A stretch of 64,000 nt of DNA from an uncultured delta proteobacterium (GTDB lineage Bacteria; Myxococcota; Myxococcia; Myxococcales; Myxococcaceae). Positions 51,469 to 61,541 of the stretch are shown piece after piece; the stretch's first letter is position 1, and each line of letters opens with the position of its first letter. The position numbers were made by a program, and so were the translations under genes. The DNA lies in the NCBI GenBank assembly GCA_963771175.1, contig CAVYSY010000002.1, positions 32,001 through 96,000 on the forward strand. The letters run 5' to 3'. Below the pieces are notes generated by a model. That model worked only from the letters and a program-made list of their open reading frames with translations, did no database searches and was not told the DNA's origin.

Positions 51469-52922
51469 CCGCCTGCTCCTTCAGAGAGAGAGGTCCAGAG
51501 GTGTACGGCCGCATAGGCGCGCCAGGGTCGCCAGGCCTCGGCCCGCGCGGCGGTCTCCTTCGCCGACAGACCTCCGAGTGCCTTGCGAATCCCGAGGTCG
51601 CTCGCGGGAAACGCATCGGGCCAGCGCAGGGCCCGCATGGCGACGTAGTGCGCCGTCCAGGGACCGATGCCCGGCAACTCCTCGAGCGCCGCCATCGTGG
51701 CGTCGACATCGACGTGCCGCTCCAACCGTACCGAGCCCTCCGCGACGGCCCGAGCCACGGCCAGCAGGCTCCTCGCGCGTGCGCCGGGAAGTCCCAACGT
51801 GGCCACGTCGTCCTCCGTCAACGCCGCCAACTCCTCCGGCGACGGGAAGAGCCGGGAGAGCTCCGCATGAGGCGTGTCGAGGGGCTCGCCGAATCGCGCG
51901 ACGAGCCGCCCGCTCAGCGTGGTCGCTGCCCGGACGGAGACCTGCTGCCCGAGGATGGCACGCACCGTCATCTCGAACGGGTCGAAGGCCCCCAGCACGC
52001 GAAGCCCCGGATGCGCCTGGACCTGCTTCGCGAGGAGCGCGTCTCTCCCGAGGCACTCCGCGATGACCGTCGGCTGGGCGTCCAGGTCGAAGAGCGTCCG
52101 CAGCCGCGCGGCCACCGGCATCAGCACTCCCGCCAGCGAGAGCGAGACCTCCGCCAGGAGCGCGGGGCGCTTGCCGTCATGCCGGACGGTAAGCCAGCCC
52201 TGGGTGCCACCCAGCCGCACCGTGCGCCGGTATTCCGAGTCCCCGACGTACTCGACTCCGGGGATGGCGCGTCCGCGCAGGAAGGTCAGGAGCTGTTCCC
52301 AGTCCAGCGGCGGGCGATAGTCCAACCGGAGAACAAGCGAGCGAGAAACCTCCGCCTCGTCATGCTCCCGCCGGAGCGAGGAGGGAGCCCTACCGAAGCG
52401 CTCCTGGAAAAGCGCGTTGAAGCGCCGGACGCTCTGGAAGCCACTCGCGAAGGCAACCTCGGCCAGCGGGAGCGCGGTGTCCTGGAGAAGCTGCTTCGCC
52501 AGCGCGAGCCGCCGCGACTGAGCCAGCTCGACCGGAGAGACCCCGAGCTCCGTCTCCATGGCCCGGCGCAGGTGCCGGTCCGTGACGCCCAGCTCCGCCG
52601 CGAGCTCCTCAATGGAGGACTCGTTGAGGAAACCGCCCTCGATGCGGGAGACCGCGGCCGCGACGAGCCTCGGCACCGAGTCGACCGGCGCGCTGCCCGG
52701 GGCCAGCTCGGGGCGGCACAGGAGACAGGCCCGGAAGCCCGCGCGCTCGGCCTCGGCGGCCGTGCGGTAGAACGAGCACCGCTCCTGGCGGGGCGTCCTC
52801 GCCGTACACACCGGCCGGCAGTAGATGCCCGTGGTCGATACGCCCACGAAGAAGAGCCCGTCGAAGCGCCGGTCGCGCGCGGACAGGGCCCGGTAGCAGG
52901 TCTCGGTCTCCAGCGTCTGCAT
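51465..52922 (-). CDS. alkA: Ada Zn-binding/AraC regulator fused to AlkA DNA-3-methyladenine glycosylase
   Basis: [60 protein letters not shown]. Confidence 0.94.
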   Translation of the reverse strand: MQTLETETCYRALSARDRRFDGLFFVGVSTTGIYCRPVCTARTPRQERCSFYRTAAEAERAGFRACLLCRPELAPGSAPVDSVPRLVAAAVSRIEGGFLNESSIEELAAELGVTDRHLRRAMETELGVSPVELAQSRRLALAKQLLQDTALPLAEVAFASGFQSVRRFNALFQERFGRAPSSLRREHDEAEVSRSLVLRLDYRPPLDWEQLLTFLRGRAIPGVEYVGDSEYRRTVRLGGTQGWLTVRHDGKRPALLAEVSLSLAGVLMPVAARLRTLFDLDAQPTVIAECLGRDALLAKQVQAHPGLRVLGAFDPFEMTVRAILGQQVSVRAATTLSGRLVARFGEPLDTPHAELSRLFPSPEELAALTEDDVATLGLPGARARSLLAVARAVAEGSVRLERHVDVDATMAALEELPGIGPWTAHYVAMRALRWPDAFPASDLGIRKALGGLSAKETAARAEAWRPWRAYAAVHLWTSLSEGAGG

Positions 52923-53069
52923 GATGGGGCTTTCGTAGCGTGGACGAACACCCCTGTCTGGCCGTTTTCGGACCTGACCGCGAAAATCGGGTCCCGGGTC
53001 TACCTGGAGCAAGTGGCTCGCCAAGCGCTCCCTCACAAGATGCCGTGAGGCCCGAGCCTCCCGCCGGAA

Positions 53070-53996
53070 TCACTCCGGCCGCGCTGCTCCACCCGCCTCG
53101 GGGGCCGGCGCCCGCCCGGCGAGCGCCCGCGCCTCCTCGACGCTCGCCGCACAGCGGAAGCCGAAGTGGTGGAAGACGGGCCGGTTCGCCGGCATGTGCG
53201 ACCGCCGGTACACCGTCGTCGCGTACGAAGCCGGCCAGAACCACGAGCCGCCTCGCACCACCTTCTCGGTGTGGCCCGCACAGGGCTCCCGGCCCTCGCA
53301 CGGGCCCTTCGGCTCCACCCCGAGGCACGCCGCGCCACAGTCCTTCCACGACGGCGTGAACCAGTCCGCCACCCACTCCCAGCCATTGCCCGCCATGTCG
53401 TAGAGCCCGAATGGGTTGGGAGCCCGCGAGCCCACTGGCTCCGGGCGTCCCACGTCCGCGTGCGTCTTCGAGCGCTGCTTCTTCCCGCAGCTCCGTCCCC
53501 GCGCGTCCATGATGACCGCGCGCTCGCAGGTGGCCGGCTCGTCACCCCACGGATAGAGCCGCCCGTCCGTGCCCCGCGCCGCCTTCTCCCACTGGGCCTC
53601 CGTCGGCAGGTGCTTGCCCTGGGCCTCGCAGTAGGCCTTCGCGTCGTACCAGCTCACCCCGCTGATGGGCTGCTGGGGGTTGTCGAAGTCGCGGTAGTTG
53701 GGCCCCGCCTTCCGGCACCGCCCCGCCTTCTCGCACGCCTTGTAGGCGCCGTAGGTCACCTCGTGGGTGTCCATGTAGAAGGTCTGCACCCAGACCGTCG
53801 CCTGGGGCCGGGCCGGCGCGTGGCGCCCTCCGTTCACGCCTCGGAGGAAAGGGCCACCGGGGATGCAGGCCAGGCCCGATGGCGTCGCTTCGAGACAGGG
53901 CAGCGGCTCGGGAGCGCCGGGGAACGTCTCCTCCGCCCCCGCCCCATGCGCGAACAGGAGCACGAGCACGAGGGCGGACGCCCTCACCGCGCTCAC
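53070..53996 (-). CDS. Exported formylglycine-generating-enzyme (SUMF1/FGE-sulfatase) domain protein
   Basis: Signal peptide; FYMDTHEVT, LPTEAQWEKAARG, YPWG, GLYDMAGNGWEW, VRGGSW, GFRCA. Confidence 0.92.
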   Translation of the reverse strand: MSAVRASALVLVLLFAHGAGAEETFPGAPEPLPCLEATPSGLACIPGGPFLRGVNGGRHAPARPQATVWVQTFYMDTHEVTYGAYKACEKAGRCRKAGPNYRDFDNPQQPISGVSWYDAKAYCEAQGKHLPTEAQWEKAARGTDGRLYPWGDEPATCERAVIMDARGRSCGKKQRSKTHADVGRPEPVGSRAPNPFGLYDMAGNGWEWVADWFTPSWKDCGAACLGVEPKGPCEGREPCAGHTEKVVRGGSWFWPASYATTVYRRSHMPANRPVFHHFGFRCAASVEEARALAGRAPAPEAGGAARPE

Positions 53997-55054
53997 TGCA
54001 CCGCCTCTTCACGCCTCGTCCGCGACAGGCCCCGCCCCTTCTTCGTCTTCTTCACCGACTGCTTCGCCAGGAGCCGCTGCTTCACCGCCTCGCGAGCCTC
54101 CTCGGGCCCGATGTCGAGCCGCGACAGCCCGTACACCGTGCTGGCGGCGGGCGCGTACCGGAGCATCGTGCGCACGTCCCTCGTCTTCGCGTCCCCCAGC
54201 CAGGAGATGAAGCTCGCGCCCGACTGCGTGTTGTAGTGGTAGTAGGTGCCCTTCACGTGCGAGATGCCCCGCTGGCCGCTCGTGCGGACCACGACGCTGT
54301 GCTCGTCCAGGGGCAGCTCGCGGATGTTGCGCCGGTACCTCGCGTCGTACGGGAAGTACTGCTCGGCGTTCGAGAGGTAGAGCACCCCCACCTTCATCCC
54401 CGTCTGCGCCACCGCCCGGCCCACGGCGCTCACGGTCCGCTGGGCGGTGAGGTCCCCCCGCACCATGAAGACCTTGTCCTCGAGGACGAGGCGGCGGATG
54501 TGCGCGTACTCGTCGGCATCCACGACGAAGCACGGCAGGGATGCCTTCGCCATCTGCTCCACCACGCGATTGAGGCGCCGATCCACCGCCCAGCGGGCCG
54601 TGCCATAGGCCCGGAGCGCACTGGCCCGCTCCTTCGGGTCCGCGTAGCCCTCCTGGATGAGGCGGCGCACCTCCGGGCGGCTCTCGAGCCGCCACAGGCG
54701 CAGGAAGTCCGCGGGCGTCTCCGCCGCGCGGAAGAGGACACGGTAGACGCGGTGCAGGTCCACGATGGACTGGTCGAAGTCCATGAGCACGAGGACCTCG
54801 GCACGCGCCCAGGCGCCCAGCAGGTAGTTCTGGTCGGAGCCCACGCCCACGTAGACGCCGCCCTTGTCCTTCACCGCGTCATGGAAGAGGTGGAGCTCGT
54901 TCTCGTTGGAGATCCAGTAGTGGTTGCCACGCACGAGCTCCTCGGGGGCCGGATCGGCGGGCAGGCTCGCGAAGGCGGCGAGGGTCGGCTCGCTGGCGAG
55001 GCTCAGGGACGACACCAGGGCGACAAGAAGGGCGAGGACACGCATCGCGGGCAT
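53993..55054 (-). CDS. Exported hypothetical protein with a SAM-Rossmann-like motif pattern
   Basis: Intact; signal peptide; HYWISNE, GGVYVGVGSDQNY, LMDFD, RGDL, LYLSNAE; 4-bp overlap with the FGE gene. Confidence 0.7.
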   Translation of the reverse strand: MPAMRVLALLVALVSSLSLASEPTLAAFASLPADPAPEELVRGNHYWISNENELHLFHDAVKDKGGVYVGVGSDQNYLLGAWARAEVLVLMDFDQSIVDLHRVYRVLFRAAETPADFLRLWRLESRPEVRRLIQEGYADPKERASALRAYGTARWAVDRRLNRVVEQMAKASLPCFVVDADEYAHIRRLVLEDKVFMVRGDLTAQRTVSAVGRAVAQTGMKVGVLYLSNAEQYFPYDARYRRNIRELPLDEHSVVVRTSGQRGISHVKGTYYHYNTQSGASFISWLGDAKTRDVRTMLRYAPAASTVYGLSRLDIGPEEAREAVKQRLLAKQSVKKTKKGRGLSRTRREEAVQ

Positions 55055-55163
55055 GATAGCGCGCCCAGAGGAGTCGTCCGCCCTTCCTCTTGGGCCGGGA
55101 GCAAGGGAGCGCTACGCTCGGCGCGGTTCTCCCGGGACTCCCCGTCCGCCCGAGGCTCACGGC

Positions 55164-56801
55164 ATGTCGGCGTATCTCTTCGCCTCCTCGGTGGTCGCGC
55201 TCATCGTGGCGCTCTTCAATGGCCTGCTGGCCGGCTACGTCCTCGCCTCCGCCCGGGGTGACGGACGCAAGCTGTCGTTCGCCTGCGGTCCCGCGGGGGT
55301 GGCCCTCTTCGCCACCGCGTGGTTCGTCGTCCTCCTGGAGCCCCAGGCCCGGGAGTCCGTCCGCGTGGCCGTCGGGCTCGCCTCGCTGCTGTCCGTCTCC
55401 GGCTTCGTCGTCGATGCCCTCGTCGACCTCGGCCCCACCCCGGCGCGTCGGCGCCTCCTCGTGGCGCTCGTCCCACTGGGACTCAGTGTCCTCGGGCTGT
55501 CGGCCGCGGCCTCGGTGGCGCTCGACCAGCCGCTCCTGGCGCTGCTCCCGCAGATGCTGGCGCTCGTCCTCGTGGGCCTCCTCGGCGCGGTCCGTCTCGT
55601 CCTCCGCCGGCACGAGAACGCGGCCGTGCGGCGGCTCTCACGACATATCGTGGCGCTCATCGGCGTCTCGCTGCTCGTCTGTGGCATCCGCACGGTCTAC
55701 GAGCTGACCCAGGGCGGGCCCGCCGGCAACGGGGTGCTCCTGTGCGTCATCCTCGTCGCCGAGCTGGTGACGCTCAGCTACACCCTCCACGAGCGCATCT
55801 CCGTCCAGCTCCCCGTCTCGCGGGCCCTCACCCACGCCGTGCTCACCATCGGAGCGGCCTTCGCGGTGGTGGCCGTCCTCCGGACCGTGGGCTACGCGGT
55901 GGACCTCGTCCAGGTGTCGGTCGCGGTGGCGGTGACGCTCCTGGCCTCGCTGCTCTTCATCGGCCTGGGTGAGCAGCTCGATCGGGCCCTGGAGCAGCTC
56001 CTGTTCCCCAAGCAGGCGCGGCTCTCCGGGCTCCTGGAGGCCTCGCGGTCCGAGGCGGCGGTGCTGCGCAGCCGTCTGGAGCGGGCCGAGCGGCTCGCCA
56101 TCGCCGGAGAGCTGGCCGCGGCCATCGCCCACGAGGTGAAGAACCCCCTGACGGCGGTGCGCGGCTACGCCGAGCTGCTCGCGGGCCAGGCCGAGCATGT
56201 CCTCCCCGAGCACCGGGCCCGGTTCGAGAAGGCGGTCCGCATCATCAGCGAGGAGAGCGATCGCATCGACGCGCGGGTGGCCGAGCTGCTGAACCTCGGG
56301 CGGACGCCCCGAGGGGAGAAGGACGGGAGCCCCCTCGACGTGTCGCGCCTGGCCCTGGAGGCGATGGCGGTGGCCGAGGGGGAGCCGGACTTCCCCACGC
56401 TCGTCCCGCGGTTGGAGCCGTTCCTGCGGGTGGTGGGAGACGAGGACGCGCTGCGCGGCGTGCTGCTGAACCTGCTGAAGAACGCCGCCGAGGCGATGCG
56501 GGACACGAGCGGCGGACGCATCGAGGTGCGGACCTGGAGCGAGGAGGGGCGCGTGCTCGTCGAGGTGCGCGATGAGGGCAAGGGGCTCGGCGAGGTGGAC
56601 CGGGATCAGCTCTTCCGGCCCTTCTACACGACGAAGGCGGACGGGACCGGGCTGGGGCTGGCCATCTCGCGCTCGGCCCTGGATGCGATGAGCGGCAAGC
56701 TGAGCCTCCAGCCCCGCCAGGACGGGCCGGGCGCGGTGGCCCGGGTGGAGCTGCCCATGGCGCCGGTGGCGACCCGCCCGGCACGGGAGGACGTGAGATG
56801 A
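55164..56801 (+). CDS. Multi-TM membrane sensor histidine kinase
   Basis: About 8-9 hydrophobic segments, then AHEVKNPL, NLLKNA, DEGKG, FYTTK, GTGLGL. Confidence 0.92.
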   Translation: MSAYLFASSVVALIVALFNGLLAGYVLASARGDGRKLSFACGPAGVALFATAWFVVLLEPQARESVRVAVGLASLLSVSGFVVDALVDLGPTPARRRLLVALVPLGLSVLGLSAAASVALDQPLLALLPQMLALVLVGLLGAVRLVLRRHENAAVRRLSRHIVALIGVSLLVCGIRTVYELTQGGPAGNGVLLCVILVAELVTLSYTLHERISVQLPVSRALTHAVLTIGAAFAVVAVLRTVGYAVDLVQVSVAVAVTLLASLLFIGLGEQLDRALEQLLFPKQARLSGLLEASRSEAAVLRSRLERAERLAIAGELAAAIAHEVKNPLTAVRGYAELLAGQAEHVLPEHRARFEKAVRIISEESDRIDARVAELLNLGRTPRGEKDGSPLDVSRLALEAMAVAEGEPDFPTLVPRLEPFLRVVGDEDALRGVLLNLLKNAAEAMRDTSGGRIEVRTWSEEGRVLVEVRDEGKGLGEVDRDQLFRPFYTTKADGTGLGLAISRSALDAMSGKLSLQPRQDGPGAVARVELPMAPVATRPAREDVR

Positions 56802-58243
56802 CGATGAACGCCGCGGTGGACGGACCCGAGGTGGCGCTCGTGGAGGACGAGCGCAACGTGCGCGAGCTCTACCTGGACGTGCTGGGCGCGCGGGGCTTCA
56901 CCGTCGTCCCGCTCGAGTCGGTGGCGGCCGCGGAGGCGTACCTCTCCCGGCGTGCGCCGGACCTCCTGCTGCTCGACGTGAAGCTGGGCGATGGCGATGG
57001 ACTGGTGTTGCTCGACAAGCTGCGCAAGCAGGGGCTCCGCACGCCCGTCATCGTCATGACCGCGTTCGGCACCGTGGAGCGAGCGGTCCAGGCACTGCGC
57101 GCGGGCGCGGCCGACTTCCTCGTCAAACCCTTCAGCAACGAGCGGCTGCTCTCCGCGGTGGCGACGGCGCTGGAGGCGGGGCGCCGGCTGGTGGAGCTGG
57201 AGCTGGCCGCCCCCACACTGGCCCCGAGCACGGAGGCCGGTCGCGCGCTCATCGGCGTCGACGGGGGCTTGAGGGATGTGGCCGCGCTCCTGCCCCGGGT
57301 GGCCGCCTCCGATGCCACCGTCCTCATTCGAGGCGAGTCCGGCACCGGCAAGGAGCTCGTCGCCCGCGCCATCCACGCCGCCTCGTCACGGCTCGACGGG
57401 CCGTTGATCTCCGTCAACTGCTCGGCCCTGCCGGCCTCCCTGCTCGAGTCCGAGCTCTTCGGCTTCGAGCGCGGCACCTTCACCGGGGCCCACGCCCGGC
57501 GCAAGGGGCTCATCGAGACGGCGGAGGGCGGCACGCTCTTCCTCGATGAGATTGGCGACATGCCGCTGGAGGCCCAGTCACGGCTGCTCCGGGTGCTGCA
57601 GGAGCGGGAGCTCCTCCGCGTCGGCGGGCGGGAGGCGGTGAAGGTGAACATCCGCGTCATCGCCGCCACCCACCGGGACCTGGACGCCCTGGCCGCCAAC
57701 GGGCAGTTCCGCTCGGACCTCCTTTACCGGCTGGCGGTGATTCCCCTCCATCTGCCGCCCCTGCGCGAGCGCGTCCAGGATCTCCCCGGCCTCATCGAGC
57801 ACTTCCTCCAGAAGCACGCGGCGCTGAAGAAGCTCCCGCCTCCCCGCCCTGACGCGGAGCTCCTGCGGCGCGCCACCACCTACCCCTGGCCCGGCAACGT
57901 GCGAGAGCTGGAGAACTTCGTCGAGCGCGCCATCGTGCTCGGCCGGTTCGATCCGGAGTCGCTCCGGACCCCACCGGCTCCGAAAGCGGCGCCCGTCCCC
58001 GCTCCAGCGGATGCCCCCGAGCCCTCCGAGCCCGAGACGGCGCCCGTGCCGCCGGAAACCACCGCCACCGTCCCGACACTGCGCGAGGCGGTGGCCCGGG
58101 CGGAGCGCGCGGCAGTCATCGCGGCGCTCCAGGCGGCCAAGGGGCAGAAGACCGTCGCCGCGAGGCTGCTCGGGGTGAGCTACAAGACCCTCTTCAACAA
58201 AATCCACGAGCACGACATCCGCGAGGAGCTGCACATCGGCTGA
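56798..58243 (+). CDS. Sigma54-dependent response regulator
   Basis: [44 protein letters not shown], Fis-type HTH. Confidence 0.95.
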   Translation: MTMNAAVDGPEVALVEDERNVRELYLDVLGARGFTVVPLESVAAAEAYLSRRAPDLLLLDVKLGDGDGLVLLDKLRKQGLRTPVIVMTAFGTVERAVQALRAGAADFLVKPFSNERLLSAVATALEAGRRLVELELAAPTLAPSTEAGRALIGVDGGLRDVAALLPRVAASDATVLIRGESGTGKELVARAIHAASSRLDGPLISVNCSALPASLLESELFGFERGTFTGAHARRKGLIETAEGGTLFLDEIGDMPLEAQSRLLRVLQERELLRVGGREAVKVNIRVIAATHRDLDALAANGQFRSDLLYRLAVIPLHLPPLRERVQDLPGLIEHFLQKHAALKKLPPPRPDAELLRRATTYPWPGNVRELENFVERAIVLGRFDPESLRTPPAPKAAPVPAPADAPEPSEPETAPVPPETTATVPTLREAVARAERAAVIAALQAAKGQKTVAARLLGVSYKTLFNKIHEHDIREELHIG

Positions 58244-58257
58244 CGGCCTCGCACCTG

Positions 58258-58271
58258 TGTAACGCCTTACA
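58258..58271. promoter_or_regulatory. Candidate enhancer (bEBP-binding palindrome)
   Basis: TGTAA-CGCC-TTACA, an AT-rich palindrome about 130 bp upstream of a sigma54 promoter. Confidence 0.5.
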
Positions 58272-58345
58272 TACCCCTGTCGCGGAACACCCAGGTGGGG
58301 TCGAGCTGTCCGCGCGCCACGGAGTAGGAGAACGGGGGCGGAGAA

Positions 58346-58375
58346 CCTCACCGCGAACCTCTCCCGAGGGAGAGG
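58346..58375 (+). repeat. REP-like CCTCACC...CCTCTCCC-GA-GGGAGAGG hairpin element
   Basis: CCTCACCGCGAACCTCTCCCGAGGGAGAGG; related to 21927-21956. Confidence 0.55.
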
Positions 58376-58392
58376 AGGGATCGCCCACCTCG

Positions 58393-58408
58393 GGGCACGG
58401 GGCTTGCT
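58393..58408 (+). promoter_or_regulatory. Sigma54 (-24/-12) promoter
   Basis: GGGCACG-GGGC-TTGCT matches the GGCACG-N4-TTGC consensus. Confidence 0.72.
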
Positions 58409-58425
58409 GAGGCCTCGGGCGCGCA

Positions 58426-59052
58426 ATGACGCGCACTCGAGGAGACCTCATGGGCTCTGCACCTCCCCAGGCGGCGGTGGGCCGACTGGACCTGGCGAAT
58501 TCACTCCTGCGCTCGGTGGACCGTCCGGCACGCGAGGCGTTGGACATGGCCCGGCGCCCGCTCGCGGCGACCCTGGCCCCGGCGCTGCTCGGCATCTTCC
58601 TCGTGGCGGCCACCTCGGCCGCCGCGGGCTTCGTCTCCCCCGACGGCCTCCAGCTCGCACCGAGGCTCGATGCCCTGCGGGCCGTCTTCGAGGCCCTGCT
58701 CGTCGTCGTCCCCGGCACCCTCGTCTTCGCCATCTACCTGCGCCTGCGGCTCTCCACGCGCGTGCTGCTGGCCGCCACCTCCATCGGGCTGCTCGCCGGT
58801 GGACTGGTGGCCACGTGCGTGATGCCGCTCATGGCGTTCCTCGTGCTGGTGTCGAGGGAGGCACCCGTCGTCCTCGCGCTCCCCGCGCTGTTCATCCCGA
58901 GTCTCGCGCTCGCCACCGTGGCGGCCCTGCCGGTGCGCGTCATCACCTCGCTCGACTCCTCACGAGGGGCCTGGTGGCTGTCGCGTGCCTTCGCCGTCTT
59001 CCTCGGCGCCGTCTTCCTCCTGCGCGTCCAGACGTCCCTCCTCCCGTCCTGA
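58426..59052 (+). CDS. Membrane protein, about 5 TM (Yip1-like); start may be 58450
   Basis: Intact hydrophobic ORF; GGAG RBS before ATG at 58450. Confidence 0.7.
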   Translation: MTRTRGDLMGSAPPQAAVGRLDLANSLLRSVDRPAREALDMARRPLAATLAPALLGIFLVAATSAAAGFVSPDGLQLAPRLDALRAVFEALLVVVPGTLVFAIYLRLRLSTRVLLAATSIGLLAGGLVATCVMPLMAFLVLVSREAPVVLALPALFIPSLALATVAALPVRVITSLDSSRGAWWLSRAFAVFLGAVFLLRVQTSLLPS

Positions 59053-59063
59053 CGAGGTCCTCC

Positions 59064-59792
59064 ATGGAAGCCCTCTCTCGAAGTGTCACGCTCTCGGCCG
59101 AGCCCCTCACCCCCTTCATGCCCTGGTCCGTGGAGGAGCGCGCGCCGCTCCCCGAGCCGGGAAGCGCAACGGAGCCGGAGCGCCAGTTGCTCGTGGAGCT
59201 GCTGCGCGAGCCGGCCGCCATCGTGGAGCGGCTGCTCGACCCTGCCCGGCTCCAGGGACTGGTGCTCGGCTCGGTGGGAGTCATCGCCGTCTGCACGAGC
59301 GTCTTCGCGGCCACGTCGAGCGCCGCGCGCGGTGGGGACGAGCTGGCACTGTCGGCGGCGCTCACCTCCGCGAACGTGTTGATGGCGCTCGCGGCGTCCC
59401 TGGGCCCCATCTACGCGGCGAGCATCCTGGTGGCGACGCGCGTGCCACTGGCCCGGCTCGTGGCGGCGCTGCTGGCCTCGGCGGCGACGGGCTCGCTCCT
59501 GCTCGCGGGGCTCGCTCCCCCGCTCTACCTCCTGTGGAGACTGGACGCCGAGTGGGCGGGGCCGCTGCTGCTCACCGGAGCGTTCCTGCTCTCCGGGGCG
59601 GCGGCCGGCGCGCGCATCCACCGGCTGCTGAGCCTCATGGCCGAGTCCGTCACCCGCGCCGCGCTGGACAACCCCACCGCCACGCTGTCCGCCGAGGACG
59701 CCTACCGCGTGGGCATCCTCGCGCGGGTCTCCTGGATGATGGTCGCGTTCACGTCGGGCCTCGGCTTCTGGGCCTTCGACGCGCTGGGTTGA
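59064..59792 (+). CDS. Membrane protein, about 5 TM (Yip1-like)
   Basis: Intact; GAGG RBS; ELLREP...ERLL amphipathic helix followed by TM segments. Confidence 0.72.
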   Translation: MEALSRSVTLSAEPLTPFMPWSVEERAPLPEPGSATEPERQLLVELLREPAAIVERLLDPARLQGLVLGSVGVIAVCTSVFAATSSAARGGDELALSAALTSANVLMALAASLGPIYAASILVATRVPLARLVAALLASAATGSLLLAGLAPPLYLLWRLDAEWAGPLLLTGAFLLSGAAAGARIHRLLSLMAESVTRAALDNPTATLSAEDAYRVGILARVSWMMVAFTSGLGFWAFDALG

Positions 59793-59804
59793 GGAGGACG
59801 GACC

Positions 59805-60440
59805 ATGACGGCGCTCATCATTCTGGCGATATATGCGGCGTTCGGGTTGATGGCGGCGGGGGTCGCCCTCACCCGTCGGCAGGGAGGTCCCCTCTGGGAT
59901 CGGCTCGGGCAGGCCCTGCTGTGCCTCACCCTCTGGCCCTTCCTCCTGCCCGTGCTCCTCTCCCCCGGGGACGCCTCCGTGCCCTCGGGGAGCGGTCCCC
60001 GGAGCGCGCGTGCTCGGCGGCTCGAGGACGTGACGAGCCGGCTCGAGGAGTGCTGGAGGCAGGCGGCGGTGGAGAGCTCGTGGGCGGCCGAGCAGGCGCG
60101 CGAGCACCGGCTCCTGGACGGGTTCGTCTCCCGCCTGCGGGCGCAGGAGCGACGCCTGGTGGAGATGGAGACGGTGCTGGCCAGCGCGCCCGCGAGCGTG
60201 AAGGAGCGGCTCACCCGGCTGTACGAGCACTCCGCGACGGAGCTGGAGCACAGCATCGGGCTCGTCGAGGAGCTGGTCGCCCAGCTCACCCTGCTGCGCT
60301 TCTCCGACCTGGGCAACCCCTCCGCCGTGCGCGTGGAGCGCGGTCACATCGAGGAGCTGCTGCTGCGCATCGAGGCGCTCGCGGAGGCCTCCCAGCCGGG
60401 TCCGAGCGAGGCACCACCGACGCAGGTGGCGCGCGCGTAG
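59805..60440 (+). CDS. Two-TM protein with cytoplasmic coiled coil
   Basis: Intact; GAGGAGG RBS; LWPFLLP after TM2; heptad-rich C-terminus. Confidence 0.75.
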   Translation: MTALIILAIYAAFGLMAAGVALTRRQGGPLWDRLGQALLCLTLWPFLLPVLLSPGDASVPSGSGPRSARARRLEDVTSRLEECWRQAAVESSWAAEQAREHRLLDGFVSRLRAQERRLVEMETVLASAPASVKERLTRLYEHSATELEHSIGLVEELVAQLTLLRFSDLGNPSAVRVERGHIEELLLRIEALAEASQPGPSEAPPTQVARA

Positions 60441-60517
60441 CGTTTTCAGGCGAGCGGGAGCCGCGAGGCGCGCCATACTGTGCGCCTCGCCGTGACGACC
60501 TTTCCCGTGGTGCAGCC

Positions 60518-61504
60518 ATGAATGCCCAGGACCTCCTCGCTCGACTCCAGGACGCCTCTCCCAACGGTCCGCTGGATCGCCTCGCCGCGCTCGTAGTGGA
60601 GCACGAGCTCTCCCAGCCCCTCGACACCCTCTTCCCGCCCGCCCTCCTGGCTCGCGCGCTGAGAGCCGCCCTGGAGGGCTGGCTCGCCTCCGACACCGCG
60701 GACCGCGAGTTCGCCGACGCGCTCCACCACCTCCAGGGCCAGCTCACCCAGGACCGACGCACCCTCCGCGAGGCCCTGCCGCCGGAGCTCGCCAAGGGGC
60801 TGGCGGAGCTGGCCTCGCGCCGCTACTCGCCGGATCGGACGCTGGTGCTGTCGGTGCTGGACCGGCCGCCCGTACGCGCCCTGGCACGCGGGCTGCTGCT
60901 CAACGTGCTCATCGAGTTCAGCCGCAAGGTGAGCGCGCCCGTGACGGAGAACCGCATCGCCAAGGGCTTCTCCGGCCTGGCGAGGCTCGCGGCCGATCAG
61001 GCCCGGAGCGCGGGCGGGACACTGGGAGGCATCGCCGGAGCGCTCTCCGATGAGATCGAGCGCCAGGTGGAGAAGCGCGCCCGCGACTTCGCGGACTCGG
61101 CGCTGACCGGTGTCTTCCAGCAGCTCGCCGACGCGCTCACCGACCCGAGCCGGGCCTCGGATCAAGCGGAGATGCGCGTGGCCATCCTCGACGGCGTGCT
61201 GGACCTACCCCTGTCGCGGCTCGGGCGCGAGCTGTCCCGCTCGGACGTGCCCGGCGGGACGGCGGTGGCACGCAAGGCACTCACCCAGTGGCTCGCCTCG
61301 AAGGACGCCACCGCGGAGTTGGAGGGCTGGCTCACGCGAGCGATGGCGCGGGACGCGAAGCGCCCGGTGCGCGAGGTGCTCGGACCGCTCGGCCTGCTCG
61401 AGGCCTTCCAGTCGATGGGCCGTGAGTCGCTGCGCGGGCGTCTGGCCCCGGTGGTGACCTCGGAGCCCTTCGCACGCTGGTTGGAAGAGCTGATGAAGAG
61501 CTGA
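60518..61504 (+). CDS. Alpha-helical hypothetical protein
   Basis: Intact ORF MNAQDLLARL...RWLEELMKS with typical codon usage. Confidence 0.75.
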   Translation: MNAQDLLARLQDASPNGPLDRLAALVVEHELSQPLDTLFPPALLARALRAALEGWLASDTADREFADALHHLQGQLTQDRRTLREALPPELAKGLAELASRRYSPDRTLVLSVLDRPPVRALARGLLLNVLIEFSRKVSAPVTENRIAKGFSGLARLAADQARSAGGTLGGIAGALSDEIERQVEKRARDFADSALTGVFQQLADALTDPSRASDQAEMRVAILDGVLDLPLSRLGRELSRSDVPGGTAVARKALTQWLASKDATAELEGWLTRAMARDAKRPVREVLGPLGLLEAFQSMGRESLRGRLAPVVTSEPFARWLEELMKS

Positions 61505-61541
61505 TGCAGGCCGACCCTTGACCGAAGAGAGGAGACACCGA

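Noticed and set aside
53070..53996. FGE-domain gene as a diversity-generating retroelement target
   Set aside because: No reverse transcriptase and no template repeat seen in the window.
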